From: Fervidobacterium sp.
GTDB lineage: Bacteria; Thermotogota; Thermotogae; Thermotogales; Fervidobacteriaceae
DNA: 64,000 nt
Direction of reading: 5' to 3'
Assembly (NCBI GenBank): GCA_049970055.1
Contig: JBMFNR010000002.1
Span: 244,406 to 308,405 of the forward strand
In this document: positions 20,061 to 30,272 of the stretch, piece by piece
Numbering within the stretch: the first letter of the stretch is position 1
Layout: each line of letters opens with the position of its first letter
Position numbers and translations under genes: made by a program
Notes under the pieces: generated by a model
What the model was told of the DNA's origin: nothing
Database searches by the model: none
The model's input: only the letters and a program-made list of their open reading frames with translations

Positions 20061-21827
20061 ATGAGATTAAAAGATCTACTCAAACGGAAATTTTTCAATG
20101 TGTCAATATTAACATTTATTAGCCTTACAGTTGTTTATTTTATCGTTTTCTATTCAATTGTTCACCAATATTGGGAATATATGAGAAGAAATTTTGAATC
20201 TGCAATTGAAGTTATAAGAGATTCATCGTTGAACTTCTTAATGAGGAGTGAAGAACCACTACTCAAGGCTCTAGACGGCCTTATAGTGGATATATCCTTT
20301 GATAGGGAAAACGCTATAAAGTATATAGATAAATTTGTTAGTCTACATAACAAAAATAACTCTTGGAATTTACCAAGCTGCTCGTACAAAAGAGTCGATG
20401 AAAAAGAAATTCCAAATTTTGTTGAATTAAAGTTGGATAAGGATTTAGACTATTATATAACAAGAAGAATTACCAATTTGGGATTCATTCAGAACGTGTA
20501 TATAAAAGTTGATAATATCTACTATCTTATAGCCTTCAACGAGAAATTAACTGATGAGTCAAATTTACTACGAAATATACAAAGGCTTAGTTCCATGTTT
20601 GATTTGTGGGATATGAAAGTACTAAGCTTTACAGACCCAACGTCAATCGATAGTACTTCTCTCTCTTGTGTATTTTCGCTAAATGGTGGTCATTCAATAG
20701 GATCGTTAACAGACGAAGAAATAAAGCAACTTGCCCTGAAAGCGTTTAAAGAAAAACAAACTCAAATTGTAAGCATTGGATTCAGTGTTAATTACGTTGA
20801 TTTTTTGTCCATCGAAAGTGAGAAAGTGTCATTTGAGCCTTTAATCATCTATCTTAGGTTTAACTTTTCTTCCTTTTTTTATCCAATAGTCTCTGGAATT
20901 ACAGTAACTGTTGTTTTTATGTTATTTATATTTCTGATTGTCAACAATATTTCAAAAAAATTCTCAGACGAAATATCTGAACCATTTTCAGCTCTTGTAA
21001 AGAGTATGAAGAAAAGCTCAGCGATTCGTGAATTCGATGATAGCGAGATGCCTGATACTAACATAGACGAAGTGAGGGAGCTCGTATCTGAATATCACAA
21101 TATGAGAACTGAACTGTCAGCTGTTATGCAAGAACTTAGAGCTTCCAACGAAGATCTGGAGCAATCTTACAAAGAACTTGAAGAATTGTCGAAAAAACTT
21201 GAGAATTCATATTTGTATTTTGCGAGACAGTTAGCAACTATTGCAGAAAAATATGATGAGGACACGGGAGATCACATAGATCGTGTTGGAGAACTATCCG
21301 CATTTTTAGGTCAAAAGATTGGACTGTTACCGGATATTGTTGAAAAGCTCAGAATCTTTGCACCACTGCACGATATAGGTAAGATATTAATTCCAAAAGA
21401 GATTCTCAATAAACAAGGTAGACTTTCTGAGGAAGAATTCGAGGAAATGAAAAAGCACACAATATATGGAGCAAACATCTTGGGCGATTCGGAATATTTC
21501 TTGCTAGCAAGAAATATTGCACTTTACCATCATGAAAAGTATGATGGTAGTGGGTACCCGTACGGACTGTCGGGCGAAGAAATTCCTATTGAAGCACGCA
21601 TTGTTGCTTTAGTCGATGTGTACGATGCTCTAAGATCAAAAAGACCTTACAAAGATGGACTGTCTCATGAAGAAGCTGTTGAAATAATAACAAAAGGGGA
21701 CGATAGAACCCGTCCCGAACACTTCGACCCGAAGCTGCTGGAAATTTTCGTTGAAAATAGCGAACAAATTAAAAAACTTTGGGAAGAGATGTCAATGGGA
21801 AATAAAAGTAGTGAGAGTAATGATTAG
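20061..21827 (+). CDS. Membrane-anchored sensor HD-GYP phosphodiesterase (2 TM, HAMP-like linker, coiled coil)
   Basis: ATG at 20061 after GGAGGTG; DTGDHIDRV, HDIGK, HHEKYDGSGYP, DVYDAL.S.RPYK. Confidence 0.9.
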   Translation: MRLKDLLKRKFFNVSILTFISLTVVYFIVFYSIVHQYWEYMRRNFESAIEVIRDSSLNFLMRSEEPLLKALDGLIVDISFDRENAIKYIDKFVSLHNKNNSWNLPSCSYKRVDEKEIPNFVELKLDKDLDYYITRRITNLGFIQNVYIKVDNIYYLIAFNEKLTDESNLLRNIQRLSSMFDLWDMKVLSFTDPTSIDSTSLSCVFSLNGGHSIGSLTDEEIKQLALKAFKEKQTQIVSIGFSVNYVDFLSIESEKVSFEPLIIYLRFNFSSFFYPIVSGITVTVVFMLFIFLIVNNISKKFSDEISEPFSALVKSMKKSSAIREFDDSEMPDTNIDEVRELVSEYHNMRTELSAVMQELRASNEDLEQSYKELEELSKKLENSYLYFARQLATIAEKYDEDTGDHIDRVGELSAFLGQKIGLLPDIVEKLRIFAPLHDIGKILIPKEILNKQGRLSEEEFEEMKKHTIYGANILGDSEYFLLARNIALYHHEKYDGSGYPYGLSGEEIPIEARIVALVDVYDALRSKRPYKDGLSHEEAVEIITKGDDRTRPEHFDPKLLEIFVENSEQIKKLWEEMSMGNKSSESND

Positions 21828-21829
21828 CT

Positions 21830-22729
21830 TTACTTATTTCTCAATTCATTGACAAGTGTTTCCAGAATAGATAATTTTCCAGAAAGTTTATTAACTTGTT
21901 CGGAAAGTTTTGAAACCGCATCTATGAGTTTTACGATATCTGTGTCCTGCTTTTTAATTTTCTCCGTAATCATTGAAAGTTCATTTGTGATGCTAGTTAT
22001 GTTATCTTTCAGAGGATTTAACATCTCTTCAATATCTTCAACTGAAGGTTTTGAACTCGCAATCTCGTAGATCATACTGGTGTATTCTTCGAGTAATTCC
22101 ATTCTGTTTACTACACCATCAGCCAGGCTGAGTTCTATATTTTCAATCTTACTATTTAATCTGTTTTCCAATTCATCGAGTAGAGATATATCAGCTTTGT
22201 TGTTAAGTGTATCGTATATGTTTACAATATCCTGATCGTATATATCCAACTTCAGAGAAATAGACTGTAATTCCTCATTTGTTTTTTCATTTATTTTATC
22301 GATATTTGCTGTTTTTTCAAATAGTTGTGATACTGAATCAGATAGGTTTCCAAGGGTGTCGTAGATTTTCAGAATATCACCGTCGTGAATGTCTATGGTT
22401 ACTTTCAGCTCGTTAATCATTATTTTAAGTTCATCTAACTGAGATGATAGCGACTGACCTAATTCATCGATAGAGATTTGTGCATACGATGTCAACCTAT
22501 CTTCGAGATCTAAAAGATTTTGGGCAAGCTCATACACAAATTCATAGATCGATGGTAGCCCAGTATCAATAGTGTTTTCGATGTTTATCATACGTGTCTC
22601 AAGTTCACTCAAGCGGGAATCAATAGTTGAAATGTCTAGATCTTGGGAATTAGTTGGTTCTTGTCCGAGTGCAAAAGCTATTGCTAATGCAATGAGAATA
22701 AAAGACACAACTTTCCTTGCTTCCAACAT
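21830..22729 (-). CDS. Exported coiled-coil repeat protein (Omp-alpha-like envelope protein candidate)
   Basis: Signal peptide; heptad pattern; repeats DIHDGDILKIYDTL / DIYDQDIVNIYDTL. Confidence 0.6.
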   Translation of the reverse strand: MLEARKVVSFILIALAIAFALGQEPTNSQDLDISTIDSRLSELETRMINIENTIDTGLPSIYEFVYELAQNLLDLEDRLTSYAQISIDELGQSLSSQLDELKIMINELKVTIDIHDGDILKIYDTLGNLSDSVSQLFEKTANIDKINEKTNEELQSISLKLDIYDQDIVNIYDTLNNKADISLLDELENRLNSKIENIELSLADGVVNRMELLEEYTSMIYEIASSKPSVEDIEEMLNPLKDNITSITNELSMITEKIKKQDTDIVKLIDAVSKLSEQVNKLSGKLSILETLVNELRNK

Positions 22730-22858
22730 AGTTTCTCCCTCCCTTGGATTTAGTGGCTGTTGTATTGCCCATTATGTGTAACATCGTAGGCTTATGATTT
22801 TATATTATACAACACTTTTTTTAATTTAATACGACTAAATTTTACATATAAATAAATT

Positions 22859-22890
22859 AAAAACCACGGTGGAAAAGCACCGTGGTTTTT
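22859..22890. terminator. Intrinsic terminator after purL (symmetric)
   Basis: AAAAACCACGGTG-GAAAAG-CACCGTGGTTTTT. Confidence 0.88.
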
Positions 22891-22908
22891 AACTTTTGAA
22901 TGGATTTC

Positions 22909-24708
22909 TCAGAGTAAATAACCAACTTTTTGCTTTGGTAAAGATGTTTGAGGTTCACCAAAGACAAGTACGAACTGGTGCACAGGATCATGTTTTGGAA
23001 CGCGTATTCTTAAAGAATATCCGATTTTTCTTAATGTATTCTCGAGGGTTTTTCTTCTTGTGAAGTCATGCATACTAACAACAAAATTACCTTGCTTTAC
23101 GATTTTTTCTATTTCTTTCCAGAGCTCTTTTTCTCTCTCCAATTTGAAGTCAGGGAATCCCACAATATACACATGACCTTTTTTTGGCTTATTTACAAGT
23201 TGGTTTTCGAGTTTTCCTACCATTCCAACAACGAGTGTTGGAGGTATGCCTTTACCATTGTAAGTATTATAAAGTGATGCGTTTCCCGATGCCACAGGGA
23301 CATTGGAAAACTCGCACGCATCCTTCAAACCTTTCATCTGTGCTGCAAGACCCATCGGATCGATATCTGGGTCAGCATAGTTTATTCCATCAGTGATTGC
23401 AAGAGGTATAGCTCCTACGGAAAGTGTTTTTCTAATACTTTCGATAACAGTTACAAACGCTCCCCAATATGGACTTTGAACACCAATGTCTGCCCTACTA
23501 TGTATTGTCAACGAATATCCGACAGAACTCTTGACGCGCATTATTGCAGGTCCAAAACCTGGAGGTAAGATGGTATCGGTACCAACCATATAGTCGTATT
23601 TTCTAAAAACTTCATGCGCGTCAACGTCTTTGAATTTTATCCATTTGAAGTTTGGCAAATCGGAAGGTGTGTAATGGTAAATAGGTTCTTCTGGTGCTTC
23701 CTCGAGTATTTTTGCAGGAACGTCGATTATAACTTCGCCATTGTAAAGTGCAATGTAACGGCCATTATCAGTGACTTGTGCGACTATGTCTGCATAAAGT
23801 AAATGTTTCCTGGCAACTTCGATAACTCTCTTTGCTTTTTCTGGGGAGGTAACGACAGCCATACGTTCTTGACTTTCACTTATCAGTATTTCAATAGGTT
23901 TCATGTCGGGTTCACGAAGTGGTACTCTTTCAAGGTGTACAATTGCACCTAACCTACCACGTGCAACAAGTTCACTTGTTGCGGATAATACACCGCCAGC
24001 ACCAAGATCCTGGGCTCCTTCCACCAAATTTTCCTCAATCATTTGTAAAAAAGCTTCTATTAGATTCTTTTCAGCGAACGGATCACCTACTTGTATTGAC
24101 AATTTCGTTGCTTTTTCGCCTATTAAGTCTTCAGAAGCGAATGATGCACCATGTATTCCATCTCGTCCTGTAGCACCACCAAAAATCACTATAACCTGTC
24201 CGGGGTACAAGGCTTTGGATTGTATCAACTGGTCATTCTTTCCAACCCCTACTGCCATTACATTGACAAGCGGATTGTGTTTGTAGTAATTAGAAATTCT
24301 GAGCTCACCACCAACTGTTGGAACACCAATAGAATTTCCGTAATCTGATATACCTTCGACGATCCCATCTATGACCTTATCCATATGCAACGAATCCAAA
24401 ATAGCGGTTGGCCTCGCACCCATTGCAAGTACGTCTCTTATGATACCACCAACACCTGTTGCAGCGCCGTTGAACGGTTCAATTGCACTTGGATGGTTAT
24501 GACTTTCAACTTTGAATGCTAAGAAATGATAATCATCAAGATTAACTATGCCAGCATTTCCCCCAGCTCCAACCCTTGGTAAATTTCTTATATAGCCCTT
24601 TGTGTGTGAATAACCGCAATGCTCACTCCACATTACGGTGAATGCTTCAATCTCTTCTCTTGTTGCTTTCCTACCAAGTATCTTTTCAAGTCTGTCCAGG
24701 TACTTCAT
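22909..24708 (-). CDS. purL: FGAM synthase subunit PurL (small type)
   Basis: MWSEHCGY, KVESHNHPS, GAATGVGGIIRD, QDLGAGG, SESQERM. Confidence 0.96.
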   Translation of the reverse strand: MKYLDRLEKILGRKATREEIEAFTVMWSEHCGYSHTKGYIRNLPRVGAGGNAGIVNLDDYHFLAFKVESHNHPSAIEPFNGAATGVGGIIRDVLAMGARPTAILDSLHMDKVIDGIVEGISDYGNSIGVPTVGGELRISNYYKHNPLVNVMAVGVGKNDQLIQSKALYPGQVIVIFGGATGRDGIHGASFASEDLIGEKATKLSIQVGDPFAEKNLIEAFLQMIEENLVEGAQDLGAGGVLSATSELVARGRLGAIVHLERVPLREPDMKPIEILISESQERMAVVTSPEKAKRVIEVARKHLLYADIVAQVTDNGRYIALYNGEVIIDVPAKILEEAPEEPIYHYTPSDLPNFKWIKFKDVDAHEVFRKYDYMVGTDTILPPGFGPAIMRVKSSVGYSLTIHSRADIGVQSPYWGAFVTVIESIRKTLSVGAIPLAITDGINYADPDIDPMGLAAQMKGLKDACEFSNVPVASGNASLYNTYNGKGIPPTLVVGMVGKLENQLVNKPKKGHVYIVGFPDFKLEREKELWKEIEKIVKQGNFVVSMHDFTRRKTLENTLRKIGYSLRIRVPKHDPVHQFVLVFGEPQTSLPKQKVGYLL

Positions 24709-25400
24709 AACTGAACACCTACGCTTGATTTTCTCTTAATTGATTTAACGTAGTTAAACGCGCTTAGAAACACTCTTAATCCATCATCTGAACCAAGTAT
24801 CTTTTCCATTGCCCGCTCTGGATGCGGCATTAAACCAAGTACGTTTTTTGAACTGTTTGAAATTCCAGCGATCATATCATCCGAGCCGTTTACATCATAA
24901 GTGTACTTGAAGACAATGTTTGTTTCTCCAACTTTAACATACCTGCCGAAACCGTGAGCAATTGGTAATTTAACCCTTTCACCCTTTTGAAAGTACATTG
25001 TAAATGGTGTTGTGTTATCAACAACTTCAAGTTCAACAATATCACAGATGAAATGACCACATGAATTTTGTAGCAAGGCGCCTGGTAATAGTCCCATTTC
25101 AACAAGAATTTGAAAACCGTTGCAAATACCTATAACAAGCCCCCCACGGCTTACGAAATTTTTTATCTTATACGCAATTGGTTCTCTTGCGGCTATAGCG
25201 CCTACGCGTAGATAATCACCATATGAAAACCCACCGGGTAAAACAATAAGATCGGCGTTTATGTCGTCATGTATACCAATGAATTCCGCGTCAAAGCCAA
25301 CATACCCAAGCGCCCATAATGCATCACGGTCACAATTGCTTCCAGGATACACAACAACTTGCGCTTTGGGAACAGAGTTAGAATTAAAATTAAAACTCAT
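24705..25400 (-). CDS. purQ: FGAM synthase glutaminase subunit PurQ
   Basis: PGSNCD, PGGFSYGDYLR, GICNGFQ, MPHPER. Confidence 0.96.
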   Translation of the reverse strand: MSFNFNSNSVPKAQVVVYPGSNCDRDALWALGYVGFDAEFIGIHDDINADLIVLPGGFSYGDYLRVGAIAAREPIAYKIKNFVSRGGLVIGICNGFQILVEMGLLPGALLQNSCGHFICDIVELEVVDNTTPFTMYFQKGERVKLPIAHGFGRYVKVGETNIVFKYTYDVNGSDDMIAGISNSSKNVLGLMPHPERAMEKILGSDDGLRVFLSAFNYVKSIKRKSSVGVQL

Positions 25401-25645
25401 AATTCTTTCACCTCATATGTTTCCGTTACGGTGTTAACGAGTAACTTCTCACATGTACGATTAACCATCTGTAAAGCTTCTTGCTTACTTTCGGCTTCCA
25501 CATCTACATGGATTGATTTTCCAAGTCTAATGTCTTTAACAGGTATACTGTACTCTTCGTTTAGAACTCTTTTTATAGTTTCTCCACGTGGATCTCTGAC
25601 GCTACTTTTGTATTGAATATCAATTACAAATCGATAGATTGGCAT
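25397..25645 (-). CDS. purS: FGAM synthase subunit PurS
   Basis: VRDPRG, RLGK, CEKLLVN.VTE.Y; position. Confidence 0.93.
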   Translation of the reverse strand: MPIYRFVIDIQYKSSVRDPRGETIKRVLNEEYSIPVKDIRLGKSIHVDVEAESKQEALQMVNRTCEKLLVNTVTETYEVKEL

Positions 25646-26319
25646 AAGCTTAACACCACCTCGTATTTTTCTATTGGATTTCCCAAATCTTTTCTGTAAA
25701 TATCCTTATCGAAAATCTCACCTGATTTTCTAAGCCGCATTGTGTCCGGAGATATCTCATCGCCTAAACACACATTACCGTCTACATCGATTCCAAATTC
25801 GAATTTCATATCCCACAATTCTATTCCAGATCTTTCAAAAAATTCCTTTAAATATTTGCCTGCCATTTTTGCTTGATTAACAATCTCTACTGCTACCTCC
25901 TTTGTTGTAATGCCAAGTACTTCGAGATGCTCTATACATATAAGTGGATCGTGGAGTTGATCACTTTTGTATGTGAATTCCACAAGTGCATCAGGTAAAG
26001 ATTCTCCTTCTGTTCCACCATAGCGTCTCACAAAAGAACCAGCTTTTTTAAACCTTACAATGACCTCAAGTGATATCATACTCAATTTCTTAGCGCGGAT
26101 TTTATTTGGTGGAAGGTATTCAATAAACATCGTCTTCACGCCTTTTGAGTTCAGGTATTTCATAAGCCTTGATGTGATTTCGGAACATATAGCACCTTTA
26201 TTTGGAAGTACATCATGTTTTGCACCATCGCCCGCTGTGATGTCATCTTTGAAATGCAAAATCACTTCTTTTCCCAGGTCTTCCACCTTTTTCGTTTTGC
26301 CCTCAGCTATTATGTTCAT
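25624..26319 (-). CDS. purC: SAICAR synthase
   Basis: [32 protein letters not shown]. Confidence 0.96.
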   Translation of the reverse strand: MNIIAEGKTKKVEDLGKEVILHFKDDITAGDGAKHDVLPNKGAICSEITSRLMKYLNSKGVKTMFIEYLPPNKIRAKKLSMISLEVIVRFKKAGSFVRRYGGTEGESLPDALVEFTYKSDQLHDPLICIEHLEVLGITTKEVAVEIVNQAKMAGKYLKEFFERSGIELWDMKFEFGIDVDGNVCLGDEISPDTMRLRKSGEIFDKDIYRKDLGNPIEKYEVVLSLCQSIDL

Positions 26320-26861
26320 ATTAATCTCTCCCTTTCGTATCTTTCATAGCCTAAATCTTCAAGTGTTTTGGCCTTTTTTTCAATTTCATCGTTCATCAGA
26401 GCTTTGTACTTTTTGAGTTTTTCTTTCAAAGTTGGATATTTTAACGAAAGTATTTGCACCGCAAGTAATCCGGCATTCTGAGCGTTGTTTATAGCTACAG
26501 TTGCAACTGGTACACCCTTTGGCATTTGAACGATCGATAATAGCGAATCAAGCCCATCTAATGAGGAACCTTTCACAGGTACACCTATTACTGGTAAGGT
26601 AGTTATTGAGGCAACCATGCCGGGAAGGTGAGCTGCACCTCCAGCACCTGCGATTATCACTTCTATACCCCTATCTTCAGCACTTTTAGCATAGTCAAAC
26701 ATTCTCTGCGGTGTGCGATGCGCGGACACAATAGTGAGTTTGTAAGGTACACCAAACTCTTCAAGTACCTTTGCCGCATGCTTCATTACTTTCAAATCAG
26801 AATCGCTTCCCATTATGATGCCAACTATAGGATGGCTTGGGATTTCATAAATATTTGACAT
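26316..26861 (-). CDS. purE: N5-CAIR mutase
   Basis: [31 protein letters not shown]. Confidence 0.97.
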   Translation of the reverse strand: MSNIYEIPSHPIVGIIMGSDSDLKVMKHAAKVLEEFGVPYKLTIVSAHRTPQRMFDYAKSAEDRGIEVIIAGAGGAAHLPGMVASITTLPVIGVPVKGSSLDGLDSLLSIVQMPKGVPVATVAINNAQNAGLLAVQILSLKYPTLKEKLKKYKALMNDEIEKKAKTLEDLGYERYERERLI

Positions 26862-26886
26862 TTCCTCACCTCATTTTTAAATACTT

Positions 26887-28092
26887 TTAAGTATTATAAG
26901 CGTTATTTGAATTCAACTTCTCACTACCTAATATTCTTATTTTCTCTTTCAAATATCTGGCCTTTTCAATGGCGCGTTCTAGATCTTTATCAACTATCGT
27001 TACATGCCCCATCTTACGCTTTGGAAAAGTCTGCGATTTACCATAAAAATGCAAATGTGCTCCTTCTATCTTGAAGATCTCGTCGAAATTTTCTATGATA
27101 GGCCTACCTTTGTATCCATCCTCGCCGAGGAGGTTAATCATAACGGCGGGGGAGTGCTGATGAGTGCTCCCAAGTGGTAGGTTGCAAATTGCTCTTATAT
27201 GCTGCTGAAACTGATTTGTAAAGCATGATTCTATCGTATGATGTCCCGAATTATGCACACGTGGTGCTATTTCATTTATTAGTATATCACCATCTTCTAA
27301 CAAAAACATCTCTATAGCAAAGACACCAACTCCGTCAAACTTTGATACCACCTCGACAGCTAGTTGCTTTGCTTTGGACGAGATGTTTTCACTTATTCTC
27401 GCCGGACTGATAAGATAATCAAGTATGTTACTATTTTTGTCAAATACCATTTCAACAACATCATAAATTTTTACTTCTTTGCTTTTATTTCTTGCAACCA
27501 AGACTGACAATTCTTTTTCGACATGTACAAACTCTTCTATATAAGACTCTGCTTTCATAATATTTTTTAGATCGCTAACATTTTTGACAACAAAAACACC
27601 TCTGCCGTCGTAACCACCGCGCCTTGTTTTTTGCACGAATGGAAACGTGATGTTGTTCTTATCAAGGAGAGATTTCATATCTTCCAGATCTTCACTTTTT
27701 GACAGATCAACTTTGAATATGTATGGTGTTGGAAGGCCATGAGAGGTGAGAAATTCTTTTTGAGCTACTTTATCACTGATCGTTTCAAGTATGTGTGGTG
27801 ATGGTTGAATTTCGTAGCCTTTGTTGTACAAGTCTATTAGAACTTTTACATTTACATGTTCGATTTCATATGTTACTACATCTGATTTCTCAACGAGCTT
27901 TTTTAGTGCTCCTTCATCATACAAACTTCCGACGATTAGCTCATCACAAAGATGCGAGACAGGGCAATCGGGATCTGGGTCGAGGGCGATTACTCTGAAT
28001 CCCATTCTTTTAGCTTCAATAGTCAACATCTTTCCCAATTGCCCACCACCGATAATACCGATACTTTTAAACGGAAACGAGGCTTTTTTCAT
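26887..28092 (-). CDS. purK: N5-CAIR synthase
   Basis: GGGQLG, GGYDGRG, NEIAPRVHNSGH, RKMGH. Confidence 0.96.
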   Translation of the reverse strand: MKKASFPFKSIGIIGGGQLGKMLTIEAKRMGFRVIALDPDPDCPVSHLCDELIVGSLYDEGALKKLVEKSDVVTYEIEHVNVKVLIDLYNKGYEIQPSPHILETISDKVAQKEFLTSHGLPTPYIFKVDLSKSEDLEDMKSLLDKNNITFPFVQKTRRGGYDGRGVFVVKNVSDLKNIMKAESYIEEFVHVEKELSVLVARNKSKEVKIYDVVEMVFDKNSNILDYLISPARISENISSKAKQLAVEVVSKFDGVGVFAIEMFLLEDGDILINEIAPRVHNSGHHTIESCFTNQFQQHIRAICNLPLGSTHQHSPAVMINLLGEDGYKGRPIIENFDEIFKIEGAHLHFYGKSQTFPKRKMGHVTIVDKDLERAIEKARYLKEKIRILGSEKLNSNNAYNT

Positions 28093-28134
28093 ACTTGTTT
28101 AACCCCCACGACTTTATGCGAACCTCTTTATTTT

Positions 28135-29355
28135 TTATTCAATCACAAGATTTGCTATGATACCAGCTATAGCTGAAAGTGCCATACCTTTCAGTTCAAC
28201 ACTACCAATTTTTATGCTCGCCCCACCGATTCCAAGTGTGAGTATTAGTGCAGCTATGATTAAGTTTCTTGATTTCGAAAAGTCCACTTTTGACTCGACG
28301 AGAGTTCTTACACCAATCGAAGCTATCATTCCAAAGAGTATCAAACTAACCCCACCAATCACAGGTGTAGGAATTGTTTGGAGGACAGAGCCAAATTTTG
28401 AGAAGAAAGCTATAACAATTGCCAAAATCGCTGCTCCTCTTAATATCGACGCTTCATATACTTTCGTTATGGCAAGTACTCCCGTGTTCTCGCTATAGGT
28501 AGTATTCGCCGGTCCACCTAACAGCGCTGCTACCATTGTTGCAAGTCCATCACCAAGCAATGTTCTATGAATACCCGGTTTTTCAAAGAAATTCTTTCCA
28601 ACAACGGCACCGTTTGTTGTTATATCACCAATATGTTCCATTACAGTCACAAATGCAACGGGGGCTATCAGACTTATTGCTTCTATATCGAATTTTGGAA
28701 AGATAAAGTGGGGAATCGATAGCCACGGGGTGTTGACAATTGGTGAGTAATCAACTATACCGGAGAGTGCAGATGCTATATATCCGACAAGCACACCTAA
28801 TAAGACGGGAATGAGAGAAAAGAAACCTTTAAAAACAGAAGAGGAAGCGATTACCGTAATTATTACAACTATTGCTATGGGCCAATTTGAAGACGCCATG
28901 TTTACAGCAACGGGCGAAAGCCCCAAACCAATTACCATGATCATGGGACCTGTGACAACTGGTGGGAACAACTTTTTTATGATGCTATTTCCAGCAAGCT
29001 TGACGATGAGCGAAAAGACAAGGTAAACAGTTCCCGCAGCAACTACACCGCCCAGAGCGTACCTAATGTCACCGTACTTTTCCTTTACCATTATTATCGG
29101 GGCAATGAACGCGAAGCTCGAACCTAAGAAAACGGGTACTTCACCACCGGTTATAAAGTGAAATAACAATGTACCAAATCCCGCGGTGAATAGAGCTACC
29201 AGAGGATCTAACCCTGTAAGAAGGGGAACCAAAACCGTTGCACCAAACATTGCTATGAAATGCTGAAGAGAGAGGAGAAATTTCTTTGAGGTTGGAAGAC
29301 TCTTCATCGAAGAGTTTTCTTCATAGGTAGTAGTAATAACTTCTGCCTTTTCCAT
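28135..29355 (-). CDS. uraA: NCS2 uracil(/xanthine) permease, UraA/PyrP type
   Basis: [35 protein letters not shown]; PyrR-type site upstream. Confidence 0.85.
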   Translation of the reverse strand: MEKAEVITTTYEENSSMKSLPTSKKFLLSLQHFIAMFGATVLVPLLTGLDPLVALFTAGFGTLLFHFITGGEVPVFLGSSFAFIAPIIMVKEKYGDIRYALGGVVAAGTVYLVFSLIVKLAGNSIIKKLFPPVVTGPMIMVIGLGLSPVAVNMASSNWPIAIVVIITVIASSSVFKGFFSLIPVLLGVLVGYIASALSGIVDYSPIVNTPWLSIPHFIFPKFDIEAISLIAPVAFVTVMEHIGDITTNGAVVGKNFFEKPGIHRTLLGDGLATMVAALLGGPANTTYSENTGVLAITKVYEASILRGAAILAIVIAFFSKFGSVLQTIPTPVIGGVSLILFGMIASIGVRTLVESKVDFSKSRNLIIAALILTLGIGGASIKIGSVELKGMALSAIAGIIANLVIE

Positions 29356-29365
29356 ACTTTTCCCT

Positions 29366-29396
29366 CCTTCCTCGCCTCACTGGGCGAAATTAAAGG
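29366..29396 (-). promoter_or_regulatory. PyrR-binding RNA stem-loop overlapping the uraA Shine-Dalgarno
   Basis: Minus strand CCUUUAAUUUCGCCCAGUGAGGCGAGGAAGG, matching CCUUUAA..CCNGNGAGG..AAGG. Confidence 0.75.
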
Positions 29397-29433
29397 TGTT
29401 CTGTGTTATTCAGAGGTATTCAATTTTCCACAA

Positions 29434-29467
29434 GTTTATACTATCACAAAGCTGCGTAAGTAGTCAA
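29434..29467 (-). promoter_or_regulatory. Putative sigma70 promoter of the uraA-pur operon
   Basis: Minus strand TTGACT-18 bp-TAGTAT with TG extension. Confidence 0.55.
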
Positions 29468-29504
29468 CGTTAACGATAATTATTTTTTGTTACGTTAATC
29501 TTTA

Positions 29505-30272
29505 TTAGATTACAATTACTGGATACCTGTTTTTAGGGTGCTCGATAATTTCAACGCTTATGTTGTATACACTCTCGATGATACTTTTTTGTATTATTTC
29601 ACTAGGTGTACCAACTTTTATTATTTTGCCACCTTTCATTAGAGCAATATAATCACAGTATTTGGATGCGATCGTAATATCATGGAATGTACCAAGGACC
29701 GTCTTGCCCATCTTTGTAATTGATTTAAGATAGTCCATAACTTTTACGGCCTGACCAATATCCAGATGGTTAATAAGCTCATCTGCTATTATGATGGGCG
29801 TATTTTGATAAATGGCGCGCGCAATTAAAACACGCCTCTGTTGTCCGCCACTGAGTGTTGAAAATGGCCTTTTTCTATATTCAACAAGGTTTACAGTTTT
29901 TAACGAATCCAAAAGTCTTTCTTCATCAACTTCAGTATCGAAGAGTGATTTTGAATGTGCTATACTTCCCATTTCCACTATCTCTTCCACAGTATAGTCG
30001 TATGAAGGGTTGAAATCTTGTGCTATGTAAGCTATATTTTGTGCCATTTTTTTGTGGGAAAAGTGTTTTACGTCTTGACCATTCACGAAAATCTTACCAC
30101 TTGATGGTTTAAGAAATTTCATAATTATCGACAAAATTGTGGTCTTCCCAGAACCGTTCGGACCGATTATACCAAAAAACGATGAATGTGGTATTGAAAG
30201 TGAAAGATCCGTTATTGAAAAATCACCACCGTAAGTAAACGAAATGTTCTGTATTTCGATCACATTTTTCAT
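29505..30272 (-). CDS. ABC transporter ATP-binding protein (FecE/cobalamin type)
   Basis: GPNGSGKT, LSGGQQRRV, IADE, FHD. Confidence 0.88.
   Translation of the reverse strand: MKNVIEIQNISFTYGGDFSITDLSLSIPHSSFFGIIGPNGSGKTTILSIIMKFLKPSSGKIFVNGQDVKHFSHKKMAQNIAYIAQDFNPSYDYTVEEIVEMGSIAHSKSLFDTEVDEERLLDSLKTVNLVEYRKRPFSTLSGGQQRRVLIARAIYQNTPIIIADELINHLDIGQAVKVMDYLKSITKMGKTVLGTFHDITIASKYCDYIALMKGGKIIKVGTPSEIIQKSIIESVYNISVEIIEHPKNRYPVIVI

Noticed and set aside
19753..21827. tRNA-Pro as the integration site of an island
   Set aside because: No adjacent integrase and no duplicated tRNA 3' end found; a normal terminator follows the tRNA
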